DNA of 64,000 nucleotides from Felis catus (GCF_018350175.1 NC_058368.1:192202001-192266000), one strand, 5' to 3'. Shown: positions 27,873 through 39,878, numbered from the stretch's first letter. The notes: generated by a model from the sequence alone, not told the origin. Translations and numbers: made by a program.

Positions 27873-27968
27873 CAATGTTGGGGGAACAGAAGACCTTCTT
27901 GGTCCCTTTGGTTAATTTGGCCAAATTAACCAAAGGGACCAAGAAGGTCTTCTGTTCCCCCAACATTG
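27873..27968. repeat. Perfect 96-bp palindrome (48-bp arms, no spacer)
   Basis: caatgttgggggaacagaagaccttcttggtccctttggttaatttgg|ccaaattaaccaaagggaccaagaaggtcttctgttcccccaacattg, checked base by base. Centre lies between 27920 and 27921. Confidence 0.98.
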
Positions 27969-28011
27969 ATTCCCAGCTGCCTGGAGATGCTCTTGAAATA
28001 CTGTCATCTAT

Positions 28012-28240
28012 GGGGTGCCTCGGTGGCTCAGTTGGTTAAGCGTCTGACTTAGGCTCAAGTTGTGATCTCATGGTTCATGAGTTTGAGCCCCACATCGGGC
28101 TCTGTGCTGACAGCTCAGACCCTGGAGCCTGCTTCCAATTCTGTGTCTCCCTCTCTCTCTCTGCCCCTCCCCTGCTTGCACTCTGTCTCTCTCTCTCTCA
28201 AAAATAAATAAATACTTTTTTAAAAAATTTTTAATAAAAA
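28012..28240 (+). mobile_element. CanSINE
   Basis: TSD gaaat(a/t)ctgtcatctatgg. Confidence 0.93.
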
Positions 28241-28583
28241 AGAAATTCTGTCATCTATGGAGACCCAGGGAGAAGAGAAGGAACCCAAAGTCCTTCTGCA
28301 CTGGGGCTACCCTGGCTCAGCCTCGGTCACTGGCCCAAGGCAGGGAGGAGCCTCTGTGGCCTCTGGGAAGTTCTTCCCTCCGCCCCCACCTGGAGCACAC
28401 TTCCTCACACCTTCCCATGGCTGGTCCTGTCCCTTCATTCAGGCCTGCTCCTTCATTCAGGACTCCCTTCATTCAGTGTCCCCTCTGACGAGCCCTTCCC
28501 TGACCAGTCCTTCTAAAGAGAAGCCCCTGTCACCCTCCAGCTCCAGGCCTGGCACTGTTTTTCTCTCCACACCTATCACTTCT

Positions 28584-28987
28584 TCTTTCTTGTTTTCCAA
28601 GTACCAGTTATCTTTTATTGGAGGGTAATTCTGAATTAGGATATGAAAGGATTCAAGGGTGCCAGGCAAAGGTCACGGTTAGGAATGCCGAATGTGCCTC
28701 CACCCCGGGCCCCCTTCAGTGGTACTTGCGTCACCCTTCACGTTTGTGTTCCTTGTAACCATGACAGTAGTTGAAAAGCACCTAAACTGCCTGCACCATA
28801 GGAATCCCAGCGACGCCCCCTTTCGTCACACTGACGAACTTTGAAACGCTCAGCAATGCCTTTAGGGGTGAAATCCCGCCTCAGCATCCAGCGTGGCAGC
28901 TCTCCTAGCTTCACCTCCACGAGCTTCTTCTCCTTCGCTGGTATGGATGACGCCATCTGGGAGTCCTGGGTGTCCGCCATCCAGCAT
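28584..28987 (-). pseudogene. ATP5MF: Processed pseudogene of ATP synthase subunit f (ATP5MF/ATP5J2)
   Basis: Intronless CDS remnant 28956->28716: MASSIPAKEKKLVEVKLGELPRWMLRRDFTPKGIA...KFVSVTKGGVAGIPMVQAV*VLFNYCHGYKEHKREG*RKYH*. It has a frameshift, an internal deletion and two premature stops. AATAAA near 28614-28619, degenerate A tail, and flanking direct repeat ctatcacttct at 28573-28583 and 28988-28998. Confidence 0.93.
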
Positions 28988-29000
28988 CTATCACTTCTAA

Positions 29001-29434
29001 TGTTATGCCCAGAATTCGTGATCCCCAAAGACCACTAGGGAGCCGAGTCCGATGCAAAAGCAAAAGAGCCTTTATTCGAGCTAGCTCGAGCTCAATCCCC
29101 TACCTGCACCGAGGCAGCGGTGAGATACCGGGGAGAGAGAGAGAGTTTCAAAAGCACAAAGGTTTTATAGGGGTCTAGGGGCAGCCGATTGGCTGGGGAA
29201 GGGGCGTGGCCTCGGCCGATTGGCTGGGGAAGGGTCAGAGTCCTGTTATGCAGGTCGCTAGGCGTGTTTTGATCAGGAAGTTTGAACGTGTGAGTGGGAG
29301 GTTACTCAAGGGGAGGAGGCACGATCTGAGGTTTCTGCGATTTTCCCGGAAAAGGGGTAATGTCGGGGACATAGTCACTCAAGGTGGAGAACACAGAACA
29401 AGATGGAGTCGGCCGGCGTAGGCCCGCCCTTTCA
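29001..29434 (-). mobile_element. Solo LTR of a gammaretrovirus-like (ERV1) endogenous retrovirus
   Basis: Minus strand starts TGAAAG and ends ...ATAACA, with a 4-bp target duplication ctaa (28997-29000 and 29435-29438). Contains duplicated CCAAT boxes, TATAAAA (29163-29169), AATAAA (29071-29076) and many retained CpGs. Confidence 0.9.
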
Positions 29435-31166
29435 CTAACTTGTTATACTGGTTTACTGTCTGCCTTGCCCACTGAAAGGCAAGCTCTGTGAAGCCAGGCG
29501 AGTTGCCTCTCGTTCACGGCTGCATCCCCAGCACCTCAAAGGGTGCCTGGCAATGAGGCGTTGCTAGATAAACATCTTTTAATGAACTAATAAAGATAGC
29601 TATGGGTATAGATAGAGCTACAGATATGGATGCAGACCCAGGCATAGATATATCAGTGTCACTGACAAGTCAGATTTTACCAACGGCTTCCTTGCAAAGG
29701 GTGACCAGAAAAGTGATGAAACCTCCGCGGGCATAATGTTGCTGACGCCTCACCAGAGAAAACGCAGCCTTTTAGCAGAAGGCTTGCCTCCCGGTTGACT
29801 TGGGACCCTCTGCTGGGCAGATGGGCAGAACGTCAGCACTAAAGGAATCTGAGCTCCAAGCCCCTGGTGGGGAAACAGAGCCCAGAGAGGGGATGGGGCC
29901 ACGTTGACAGGACAAACTGAGGCCTGCAAAGCCTTGCCTCCTTGAGAAAGCACCTTCACCTCCTTTTGTTAATTTGCTCCACACGACAGTTCTACCGGGC
30001 ATGTGGTGGCAATATTGGTAGCATTATCATTGGAGCTAAACATGGTTTAGTCGCCTCCTGAACTGCGCATTTAAAAGTGGGCAAGATGGTAAATTTTATG
30101 TTCTGGGTATTTTACTACAATTAAAAACAAAAAGGATATACATACAGTTTTTTGCACAACTTTATTTTGCGCATGAAGCAAATAAAGCTCAGAGAGGCTG
30201 TGACTTAGAACAATCACACAGCTAGGGATTGAAGAAGCTAGCTTAATGTCGGGACTTCAGAGTCCAGCGCCGGCCCTCCTCCACAAGGGAGAGGGAACCT
30301 TCACTCCCCAAACATACCAAGAACCGACCTCAAGCTAGAAGATCAGGGCCCCAAGCTTTCCAAGGAGCATCCTAATGTGCTTAGATCTATCACAGCCGTT
30401 CACACAGCTCCGCTGCAGAGACCCACCTCTTCCATGATACCCGCGCCAAGGGGTGGCTGATCCAAGAGACAACAGCTCAATACAGATCGTGTGTCATTTA
30501 CTCTCATTTTGTGATGATTAATTTGCTTGGGGACCAAGAGAGTTCAGTGGTTACATTAACATGCAAAGAAAAATTAAACATTTATGCATCCGTTATCTCT
30601 TCGTTCCTAGACGGATAAGTCCCGTCAGTGTCTGCAAGAGATATTCTCACTGACATTGTTTATCTGGTCCACTTGACTCCAAATTACACTTGAGAAACAA
30701 GAACTAACACACCGCGGCGTTTCTGTACAGAAGTGGTGACTACAGGGGGCCAGATATTAAAGAAAAAATATCCAGCCTGAGATTCTACCGTAGCATAAAC
30801 TCAGTGCAACACGACACAAAGAATCAGCCCCATAGCACTGTGCTAATCACAGAGCACACTTTCAGTAAGTATTTATTGGCCATTATCTCGGGATCATGAG
30901 GATACATGATCTGTAGTTGGTTTTTACTATATTTCATTAAATACCAGTTGGAACTTATTGAACACGTATTATGTGCCGGACCCTGTTGCGAGTGTCTGGT
31001 GGGGTCTTAACCCATCGAATCTTCACAGGGTGGCCAGGGGAGCAGACAATCTGGCTCCGCTCCCTGCCCTCTCGACCATGACCCTCACTGCCTCTGTCAA
31101 GGAGCAGCTGTTATTCCTTTTGTCATCAGAAAAACAAAATATTATTTTTAAAATGATTTAAGATGT

Positions 31167-31338
31167 TGGGGCGCCCAGGTGGCTCAGTTGGTGAAGCGTC
31201 CGACTCTTGATTTCAGCTCAGGTCGTGATCTCTCGGTTCGTGAGACTGAGCCTCGTGTGGGGCTCTGCGCTGACAGCCCCAAGCCTGCTGGGGATTCCCT
31301 CTCTCCCTCTCTCTCTGCCTGCCCCGGCAGGCACGTGC

Positions 31339-31376
<38 letters not shown>

Positions 31377-31663
31377 TCTCAAAAATAAACAAACTTTAAA
31401 AAAATCAAAATTATTTAAGATGTTAAATACATATTTGTTGAACGATTATTAACTCCCACCCAAGTCTATAAGAACCTCAAGACTGAGAGATTGAGGTGAC
31501 TGGGTGGATCAGTCAGTTAAGCATCTGACTCTTGGTTTCAGCTCAGGTCATGATCTCCTAGTTCATGAATTGGAGCCCCGCATAAGTGAGTCAGTCCAGA
31601 GTCAGTGCAGAGCCTGCTTGGGATTCTCTCTCTCCTTCCCTCTCTGCCCTTCCCCCACTCTTG

Positions 31664-31713
<50 letters not shown>

Positions 31714-31740
31714 ATAAATAAACTAAACTTAAAAAAAAAG
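31167..31740 (+). mobile_element. Two tandem CanSINEs with long (CT)n
   Basis: SINE heads at ~31167 and ~31492. Confidence 0.92.
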
Positions 31741-33439
31741 ATTGAGAGATTGACACTTCTTTTATTTCAGATGAACGTTTTTCCTGACAGCAGGGTGTTC
31801 AGCACTGAGGAAGATGCTATGGGAAATAGAATAGAAGAGGTGATATCTTTCCTTCAGGGCCTTGAAGACATGGAAGGTGAATTCTTTCTGCAAATAGCTG
31901 ACATTCATTTAGCATACACCCGTGTGCCCAGTAACAGTGCTAAAAGCGATGCCCACATTAATCCCCACAACACTTAATCCCCACAACAAATCGATGAGAC
32001 AGGTGTAACTCATATCCCCATTGTGCAAAGGAGGAAACCAAAGCCTCAGAGGTCCAAGAAGGAAAAGCTGAATAGGCTAACTGCCACATGGCTACCATAG
32101 GCAACGATTTCTGTCCATTTTTCTCCTCCCAGCTGTCTTAAAAAGCAGGCCACTTGATGGGTGCCTGAAACATACCAACTTTTTAATACACTCGTGTCAC
32201 TAAACATCAGTGCATTTACCAGACATTAAACTTTACATGCACACACTTACAGAGCTAGCCAGTTCTAAAGAATCCCACTCTCTGGGTTTATGGACCTCTT
32301 CTTACATCCTCCCCACCAGCCCCTCTTTTCCCACCTTCAGCATTTGAAGATGGGCCTGAAATGGAGAAGACATGCCGTTTCCCTGTTCTTGCCTGCTAAT
32401 TCTCCATTTCAAGATGTTCTATTACACCTGATTAATGGCCTGACAGGGCTCATTCTAGCCCACAACCTTGAGCTTGTAAAATGCACAGGGGAAAATTCAC
32501 TAACAACCATGTTCATCTTAATGCGTGGTAGGGAATTTTTTTAAGTGAAAAAGGCTCAAGAAGCAGGGACATTTCAAACAGCCAATTATGAATAACAATT
32601 GTTTGATGGCCGAGCGCAGTAGATCTTCCAGCTCATTCGGTTTTCATCTAATTAAATCTTTCATTTCCACAGGCAGCGTATGGTACATGGCTTGTGTTTG
32701 CCTCTGTCGGCAGGATATAATCAATAGGAGAAATGTGGATGCATTTCAGCACTTATTAGCAGCTCAATTGGAAGTTGTTTTATTTTAATAACATCCTTGC
32801 CTTCATTCTGTTCAGGGTAAATCGACAGCTTTGATGAATAATAGACGACAGAAAACTGGTTTATGTTATCCCATTAAGAGGAAGAAATCAGAGAATGAAA
32901 GGAGCTGAGAGAGAAATTGAAAAACACTTTAAAGCTGAATTTTCTTTGTTACAAAAAAAAAAAAAGAAAAGCAAACAAAAATGCCTTCCGCTCACTCTAA
33001 AAGATCATCAGACCTGTGTGATTTCAGCTAGATGTACCTCCCAAGACCCTGGCGATAAATTCCCTTTCTGAAGCTTTCCACCACTTTTATCCACAGCTCA
33101 CAGTTAGTTATTCCTGGTTAATTTCCACAGGAGCTGCAATGTGGAGTAGAAAGGGGAGAACCAGGTACAAAATGTCATTTGTTCACCGGAAGTGAATCCA
33201 AATGCCCAAAGGCTCCCATCCTCAAAGAGTAGGCACACTGGCAGAGATAGGATGCCGTAAGGACAACCACGGAAGTTCCACGACAACGAGGCATTCACAA
33301 GAGCCCGCTGCACAGCAGGGTCAGCAGAATTTGAAGCGATCTGAGGGCCAGAAGACCACTCGATGGAAATCCCACCTGGTACAGCCCACCATTTACTCGA
33401 CAGCATCCCTTGAATATCTCTCACCCACAAATCTGAGCA

Positions 33440-33508
33440 TCTTACCACAATGAGATGCCACTTCATACCCATTAGGATAGTGATTATCAAAAAAATAAAA
33501 TAATAAAC

Positions 33509-33543
<35 letters not shown>

Positions 33544-34450
33544 GGGGAGCCTGGGTGGCTCAGTTGGTTAAGTGTCCCACTCTTGATCTTGGCTCAGGTC
33601 ATGATCTCCCGGTTTGCAGGATCAAGCCCCGTGATGGGATCTGTGCCAATAGCCAGGATTCTGCTTGGTATTCTCTCTCCCTCTCCCTCTCTCTCTCTCT
33701 GCCCCTCCCCAACTCATGCCCACTCTCTCTCTCTCTCAAAATAAGCTTTTTTAAAAAAAGTTGAAAAATAAATAAGTAAACAAATAACAAGTGTTGGCGA
33801 GGCTGTGGAGAAACTGGCACCCTTGTGCACTGCGGGTAGGAACGTAAAATGGGACAGCCTATAGAGAACAGTTTGGTGGTTTCTCGATATGTTAAATATA
33901 AAATTCCCATATGATCCACCAATTCCACTTCTGGGTAGATACCCCAAAGAAATGAAAGCAGGGACTCCAACGGATATTTGTACCCTCACGTCCTTGGCAG
34001 CCATCTTCACAACAGCCAAGAGGGGGAAGCAACTCAAATATCCATCAATGGATGAATGAATAAATAAAATACGGTGTATACGTGAAACAGAATGATTCAG
34101 CCCGAGGTGGAAAATTCTGACACAGGCCCCAGCACGGGTGAACCTTGAAGACAGCGCGCAGAGTGAAATAAGCCAGTCACCAAAGGCCAAACCTTGTGCG
34201 ATTCTACGAGGTTCCCGGAGCAGTCGCGTTGATAGAGACAGACTAGACTGCTGACGGCCAGGAGGTGCCGGAGGGGGACATGAAGTCCGTGAGCAACGGG
34301 TACAGATCCAGGTGAGGAAGAAGGAAGAGTTCTGGAGACGGACAGTAGCGATTGCGGTGGCACACTGGGAACGAGAGCCACAGAAGTGCACACGTAACAA
34401 TGGCTGGGATGGCAAAGGTCGTTAAGTGTATTTTGCCACCATAAAAAAAA
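33440..34450 (+). mobile_element. L1MB-type 3' end interrupted by a CanSINE (~33544-33780)
   Basis: ccacaatgagatgccacttcatacccattaggat...caattccacttctgggtagataccccaaagaaatgaaagcagggactc. Confidence 0.88.
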
Positions 34451-36469
34451 ATCTGAATATTTTAACCCTCAGATAAAGTTGTCCTCAGATAGCAACCTGC
34501 TGACACACAACACATCCGTTCATCCAGTTTGCTCAAGCCCGAGACCTGAGAACCAGCCCTGGCACCTCCTCAAGTCCTGGCCACCCCAGGTCAAGTCTAC
34601 TGTCTAAATGAATGCCCCGTCGGTCTACTTCCTACCGCGCCCTGCCATCCCCCTAGGGGACTGTCCTCTCTTTTCTGAATGACCTGCTACCTGGGCTCTG
34701 GGCCAGCCCAGGTCCCGTCCCCACCAGGCCACTCTCCACCAGCAACGAGACTGAGCTTTTACGGACATAAACCACGTCCTGCCGCTGCTCAGCTCTGAAG
34801 CTGCCCATCCCCCAGCTCCCCCTCCCTCCCCCCCCCCGGCACTTAGAACCAAATCTGGGCCCCTCCCCAAGCCTACAGAAGCCCTGGAGCCAGGGGACCC
34901 CTCCCTTGTGTCACAGTCTCCCTCACTCAGCACCTCTGTGCCTCTCCCTACAAATGCACTTCCGCTAGCTCCCCAAACTCATGAGGCTCCATCGTCGTGC
35001 AGGGCCCTTGCCCGCAGCACCCCTTTGGCTGGGAACATTCTTCCCTCGTGGTTCACCTGGCCAAGCATTCCTTTGACTTCGGGCCTCAACATAAACGGCA
35101 TACTTGAGTCCTTCACAGATGCCACGTCTCCAAGAGCCCCCTGCTCACCTCTCGTGTGCTCCCTTCTTTGCCCCTGTGGCACTTTCACACGTCTGGATTT
35201 GTATACTCCTCCCAGCCCGGGGGCTGTCAGATCCCCGAGGGCAGCGCCCAGGTGTGTCTTAATCAGTATTCCCAGCACTCAGTAGCCTATCCGGCACCTA
35301 GTAGGTACTCATTGGTCAGATGAAGTAAAGGAAGGCATGTTCTGTGAAGTCACACACAGCGAGCCCCAGACACCCTGCATCTCGCCCAGACAGCCTCCAC
35401 CTTTCACTTTCGTAGATGGCCCGACAAGCCCTTGCGCCGTGACCTAAAACCTGCTATACCTAACACTGACCCACATACTCACACCCGCTTGGCTCGGACA
35501 CACACACCCAAAGGCCCACGCGCGAAAGGGCCCTGCTTCTCCCGAGAAGGGGAGAAGAGCGATGCCTGTCGAAGACAGGGTGATTGCTTGAGTTGTTTCC
35601 TGCGATGATATAATTTCGTTGACAAGTGCCACGCAGCTGTTCCTGCTTTTTGGTTTTCAACTGCATGCTGCCTGCCGTATTAGCGAATTCCTGGAAACAA
35701 CGTGAGACGCGCGATCTAGATGGAATGGAAAATTGGGTCTGTAGTTATCGAGGCCCCCCAGAGCAGTCCCGATCCCTTACCTCAGCAGTCACGAGAAAGC
35801 CACGGCTCCCTCACGGGTCTTCCCCCCTTTGGCAAGCCATCTTCCCCCAGGTGACGCTCCAACAAATAGTAACTTGGCTAATGACCAATGCTACAGTGAT
35901 TATTATTGTTATTATGGACTCTATTTTATTCTCATTTAATTAGTAATTATTTTAAATTACATGGCTGAAGAGCTGCTACAATGGGTGTTTCCTGGCAGCC
36001 AAGGGCTAATTCTCCATCAATGCAGAAATATGGGCTATTTTGAGTTCAGCCCCTGGAAGCTGTAGTGATGAACGCCTCTCAGTGCCATATGGCATAGTCT
36101 AAACCTAGTGCCTCTTTACAACAATAGTTTCTATTACCGTTAAGGAGAAATATGTAAAAACTGTTTTCTCTCCAAACAGAGCTCCCATGCTGGCAAGCCC
36201 TTGAGTATCTGAGAGAAGGAAACCAAACAATCCTGTCACACGTATCAGTGCTAGCTCCTTTTGGGGGTTGCCTCAGGGGGCCAGGTTTACAGCTAACATT
36301 CAGTGGGCTATAAAATGCACACATCTTCTGTTGCAGGTGACGGCCTCACGGATCCAGTGACAAACCAGCGTGAAATCCGAAACCCGCAAGGCTAAACAGT
36401 AGGGGGTGCACATGAAATGAAACAGCCTGGGTAGCATTGTTTGCATTCCAAACATTTATACTATAAATA

Positions 36470-38270
36470 AATACGCTCTCTTCAAACCACCGAATACAGA
36501 GGGGAACATAAGATAAACCTGGACCATCTCTTTGTGTCAGAAAGCGAGGGCATGCCCAAACAATGAAGAAGAAATGTCAAGGGGACACAAGAACCAATTT
36601 GAAGCGGCTTCCACTGAGTAAATCTGAGAAATATTGAGCATTAAAATAAATAATGGGGGCGTCTGGGTGGCTCAGTCGGCTGAACGTCCGACTCCGGCTC
36701 AGGTCATGATCTCACGGGTCGTGAGTTCGAGCCCCACATCGGACTCTGAGCTGACAAGCTCAGAGCCTGGAGCCTGCTTTGGATTCTGTGTCTCCCTCTG
36801 TCTCTGTCCCTCCCCCACTCACGCTCTGTCTCTGTCTCTCTCAAAAATAAAATAAAACATTAAAAAAAATTTTTTTTTTAAATTTTTTCACTCTCTCCCT
36901 AGGCCCCCTCCCCTGGTCCCATGCTCTCACTCTGTCTTTCTAAATAAATAAATAAACAAATAAATAAATAAAATTTAAAAATAAATAAATAAGTCATGAT
37001 TGTAACAGCTTATAACCCATTGGGTAGAGTAGTACCCATGAATCTATACTGATAGAAATTGATGAATAAATAAATGAGAAGAGAAAGCTCTTTATAGCAG
37101 AGAGATAATGAATAAATGCAGAAGAAATGATGATGGCATTAGAAAAATCACTGTTTGGTACCATCACAGGAATAACTTATTCATCAAGAAACATCCCCAT
37201 GGATGCTAAACTCCAGTGGGTGAGAGGCTGGTGGGAAAAGGGAGATTTAGGTCGTTTCAAAGTATCTCCTCACAAGGTACTTATTAATCACAAAAAGACT
37301 TTACAATAGAGACACCGGCAGGCCCCAGCATTATAAGTGATCCAAGCTAAAAATACCAGTAGCCAAACAGACATCATGTGCCACGCCCTGGGGTGTGAGG
37401 AGACAAAACTCAGCATCTGTGACATTCCAGCCAAAACCATAACCTGAGTCTACCCAGCTTGAGGGGGATTCTACAATTTGACTTACAATCTTCAACCTGT
37501 GCATGTCACAAAACACAGAATTACCAGATGATCCAGCAATTCAACCTCTGTATAAATAAGAGAAGTGAAAGCAGGGACTCAAACAGATATTTTACGCTCG
37601 TGTTCCCAGCGGCAATACTCACATTCGCCGAAGGAAACAACTCAAGCGTCCATTGATGGGTGAAGGGATAAACGAAATGTGATATATACACGTAATGGGA
37701 TATTACTCAGCCTTCAAAAGGAAGGAAATTCTACACATACTATAGCATAGATGAACTTTGAAGACATGATGCTAAATTACATGAGCCAATCACAAAAAGA
37801 CAAACATTGTTTGATTCCACCTACATGAAGTTAGAGTGATCCAATTCATAAGAAGCAGAATGGTGGTTTCCAGCGACTGGGAGGAAGGAGAACTGGGGAG
37901 TTTATGTTTAATGGGTACAGAGTTTCGGGTGGGGAAGATGAAAAGTTCTGGAAGTGGGTGGTGATGATAGCTGTACAACGTAAACGGACCTAACGCCACA
38001 GAAGCATACACTAAAAAAAGATTAAAACGGGAAATTTTCTGTTGTATCTACTTTACCACAATTAAAAAAAAAAAAAAAGAATTCAAACTCTGAGTCAAAG
38101 CTGGGTTCCAGTGGCAGGAGGAAATTTTTGAAGGTGATGGATAAGTTTATGGCACTGATAGTAATAATAGTTTCCCAGGTGTATACATATCTCCAAACTC
38201 ATCAAGTTGTATCCATTAAATATCCATAGCTTTTTGTATGTCAATCATACTTCAATAAATCAGTTTAAAA
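36470..38270 (+). mobile_element. L1MC/L1MB fragments with an embedded CanSINE (~36655-36990)
   Basis: L1 3' UTR motifs gggtacagagtttcgggtggggaagatgaaaagttctgga and caaactcatcaagttgtatccattaaa. Confidence 0.8.
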
Positions 38271-38887
38271 AAAAAACTGTGTTCAAATTCTGACTCTGCC
38301 ACTTACTCACTGTGTGATTCTAGGCAAATTATTTAGTGTCTCTGAACCTCAGGGTTCTCGTTTATAAAATGGAGATAAGATAGGATTGGTATGAGGCACA
38401 GGCTAATACATTCAGCACAGTGCCTGGCACACAGCAGGCATTTGATAATATTAGTAAGACTATAACCACCCAGAGACATGAAAGAACCTGCCACAAGTGT
38501 TCAAGAGAACGAAAGTCAGTTTGGTATGGTTAAAGGATGTAGTGACAAGGGAAGATGCTAGAACGAAAAGCAGGTCTTTCTGTGCCCAGGTGAAGAGTTT
38601 AACCTTTGTTCTGAAGCTTGTGAGGGGTCACTGAGGGGTTGTAAACAGCGCAGGAAAACATTAGAGAAGAAAGCAGAGAGGGGCGGGGTAAGTATTAAGC
38701 TCAGTTTTAGGGACACAAACATCTGATTATTTCACTCAGTCATGGGCTTTCTCTTCCCCATTAACACTGGTAATTACTACCATTGACTTAAGGGAAAACA
38801 AACCATTAAGGACATGCCACATTTAACACCCTCATTTGCACTCCACACCCTCTCAGAACAGGGATCTCAGATATAAAGAGGTAACTA

Positions 38888-39110
38888 GGGGCTCCCGGGT
38901 GGCTCAGTCCGTTAAGCGTCCAACTTCAGCTCAGGTCATGATCTCACAGTTCATGAGTTCGAGCCCCACATCGGGCTCTGTACTGAGGGCCCAGAGCCTG
39001 CTTGGGATGCTCTCTCTCCCTCTATCTCTGCCCCTCCCCTGCTTGTGCATGTCCTCTCTCTCTCTCTCTCTCTCTCTCAAAATAAATAAACTTTAAAATA
39101 AAATAAAAGA
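38888..39110 (+). mobile_element. CanSINE
   Basis: TSD aaagaggtaactag. Confidence 0.93.
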
Positions 39111-39664
39111 GGTAACTAGCCATGTTACAAAGTCACTTCAGGCTTAAGCATGAGCTCCAAAAAGACTGCTCTCCTTATCTCCCTCCTTAATCACTGCGTG
39201 GAGGACATGGGGGCTTCCCACAGTGTTCTCCATCTGTTCTTTGCTCCGTGCCAAGCTTTCTTTAGACCCCTAACATCTGTGCTGAGCAGGGCTGGGTCAG
39301 AAGACAGTTTTACTCTGGTTACAACCTGCACGTCAAAGGCCTGTGTCACACCGGCTGGGCTTATTTCCACATTGCTGTGTGGTCATTCCACCACTATCAC
39401 TAAATGTCCTTCTTAACAGTTCCTCTCCACTGATTTTTCTATCAATAAGGCTTAAGATTTTATGTGAAAACTCAAAGTAATGAAAGTACCCCAAATCACA
39501 CATCTCTCCTGGGTTAGCTGTATTGTTCATTCTTCTCGGTCCTTTAAATGAGATAGATTTTGGAATTTAATGTTTGTTTTCTAATCACCTAGACAATATA
39601 TATCCCACCTAGGAAATATCAAAAGTATAGCAAAATGCAAAAAATAAGAATAAAAGTTGCCTAT

Positions 39665-39878
39665 AGGAGCGCCTGGGTGGCTCAGTCGATTAAGCATCTG
39701 ACCTCAGCCCAGGTCATGGTCTCACAGTTCGTGGGTTTGAGCCCCATGTCAGGCTCTGTGCTGACAGCCCAGGGCCTGGAGTCTGCTTCAGATTCTGCAT
39801 CTCTGTCTCCCTCTGCCCCTTCCCCACTCCTGCTCTCTCTCTCAAAAATAAATAAACATTAAAAAAAAACTTTTAAAA
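39665..39878 (+). mobile_element. CanSINE
   Basis: TSD aaaag(t/c)tgcctata. Confidence 0.92.

Larger units (their letters stand above)
28420..29590 (+). mobile_element. L2 3' fragment hosting the ATP5MF retrocopy and the LTR
   Basis: gagcccttccctgacc... upstream; gcaagctctgtgaagccagg...gttcacggctgcatccccagcacct...gtgcctggca downstream. Confidence 0.65.

Noticed and set aside
27623..28039. Opposite-strand ORFs sharing the peptide MLGEQKTFLVPLVNLAKLTKGTKKVFCSPNI
   Set aside because: Automatic consequence of the palindrome; no evidence of coding function.
33714..34415. 233-aa minus-strand ORF
   Set aside because: Antisense to an L1 3' end and a SINE; GC enrichment removes stop codons.
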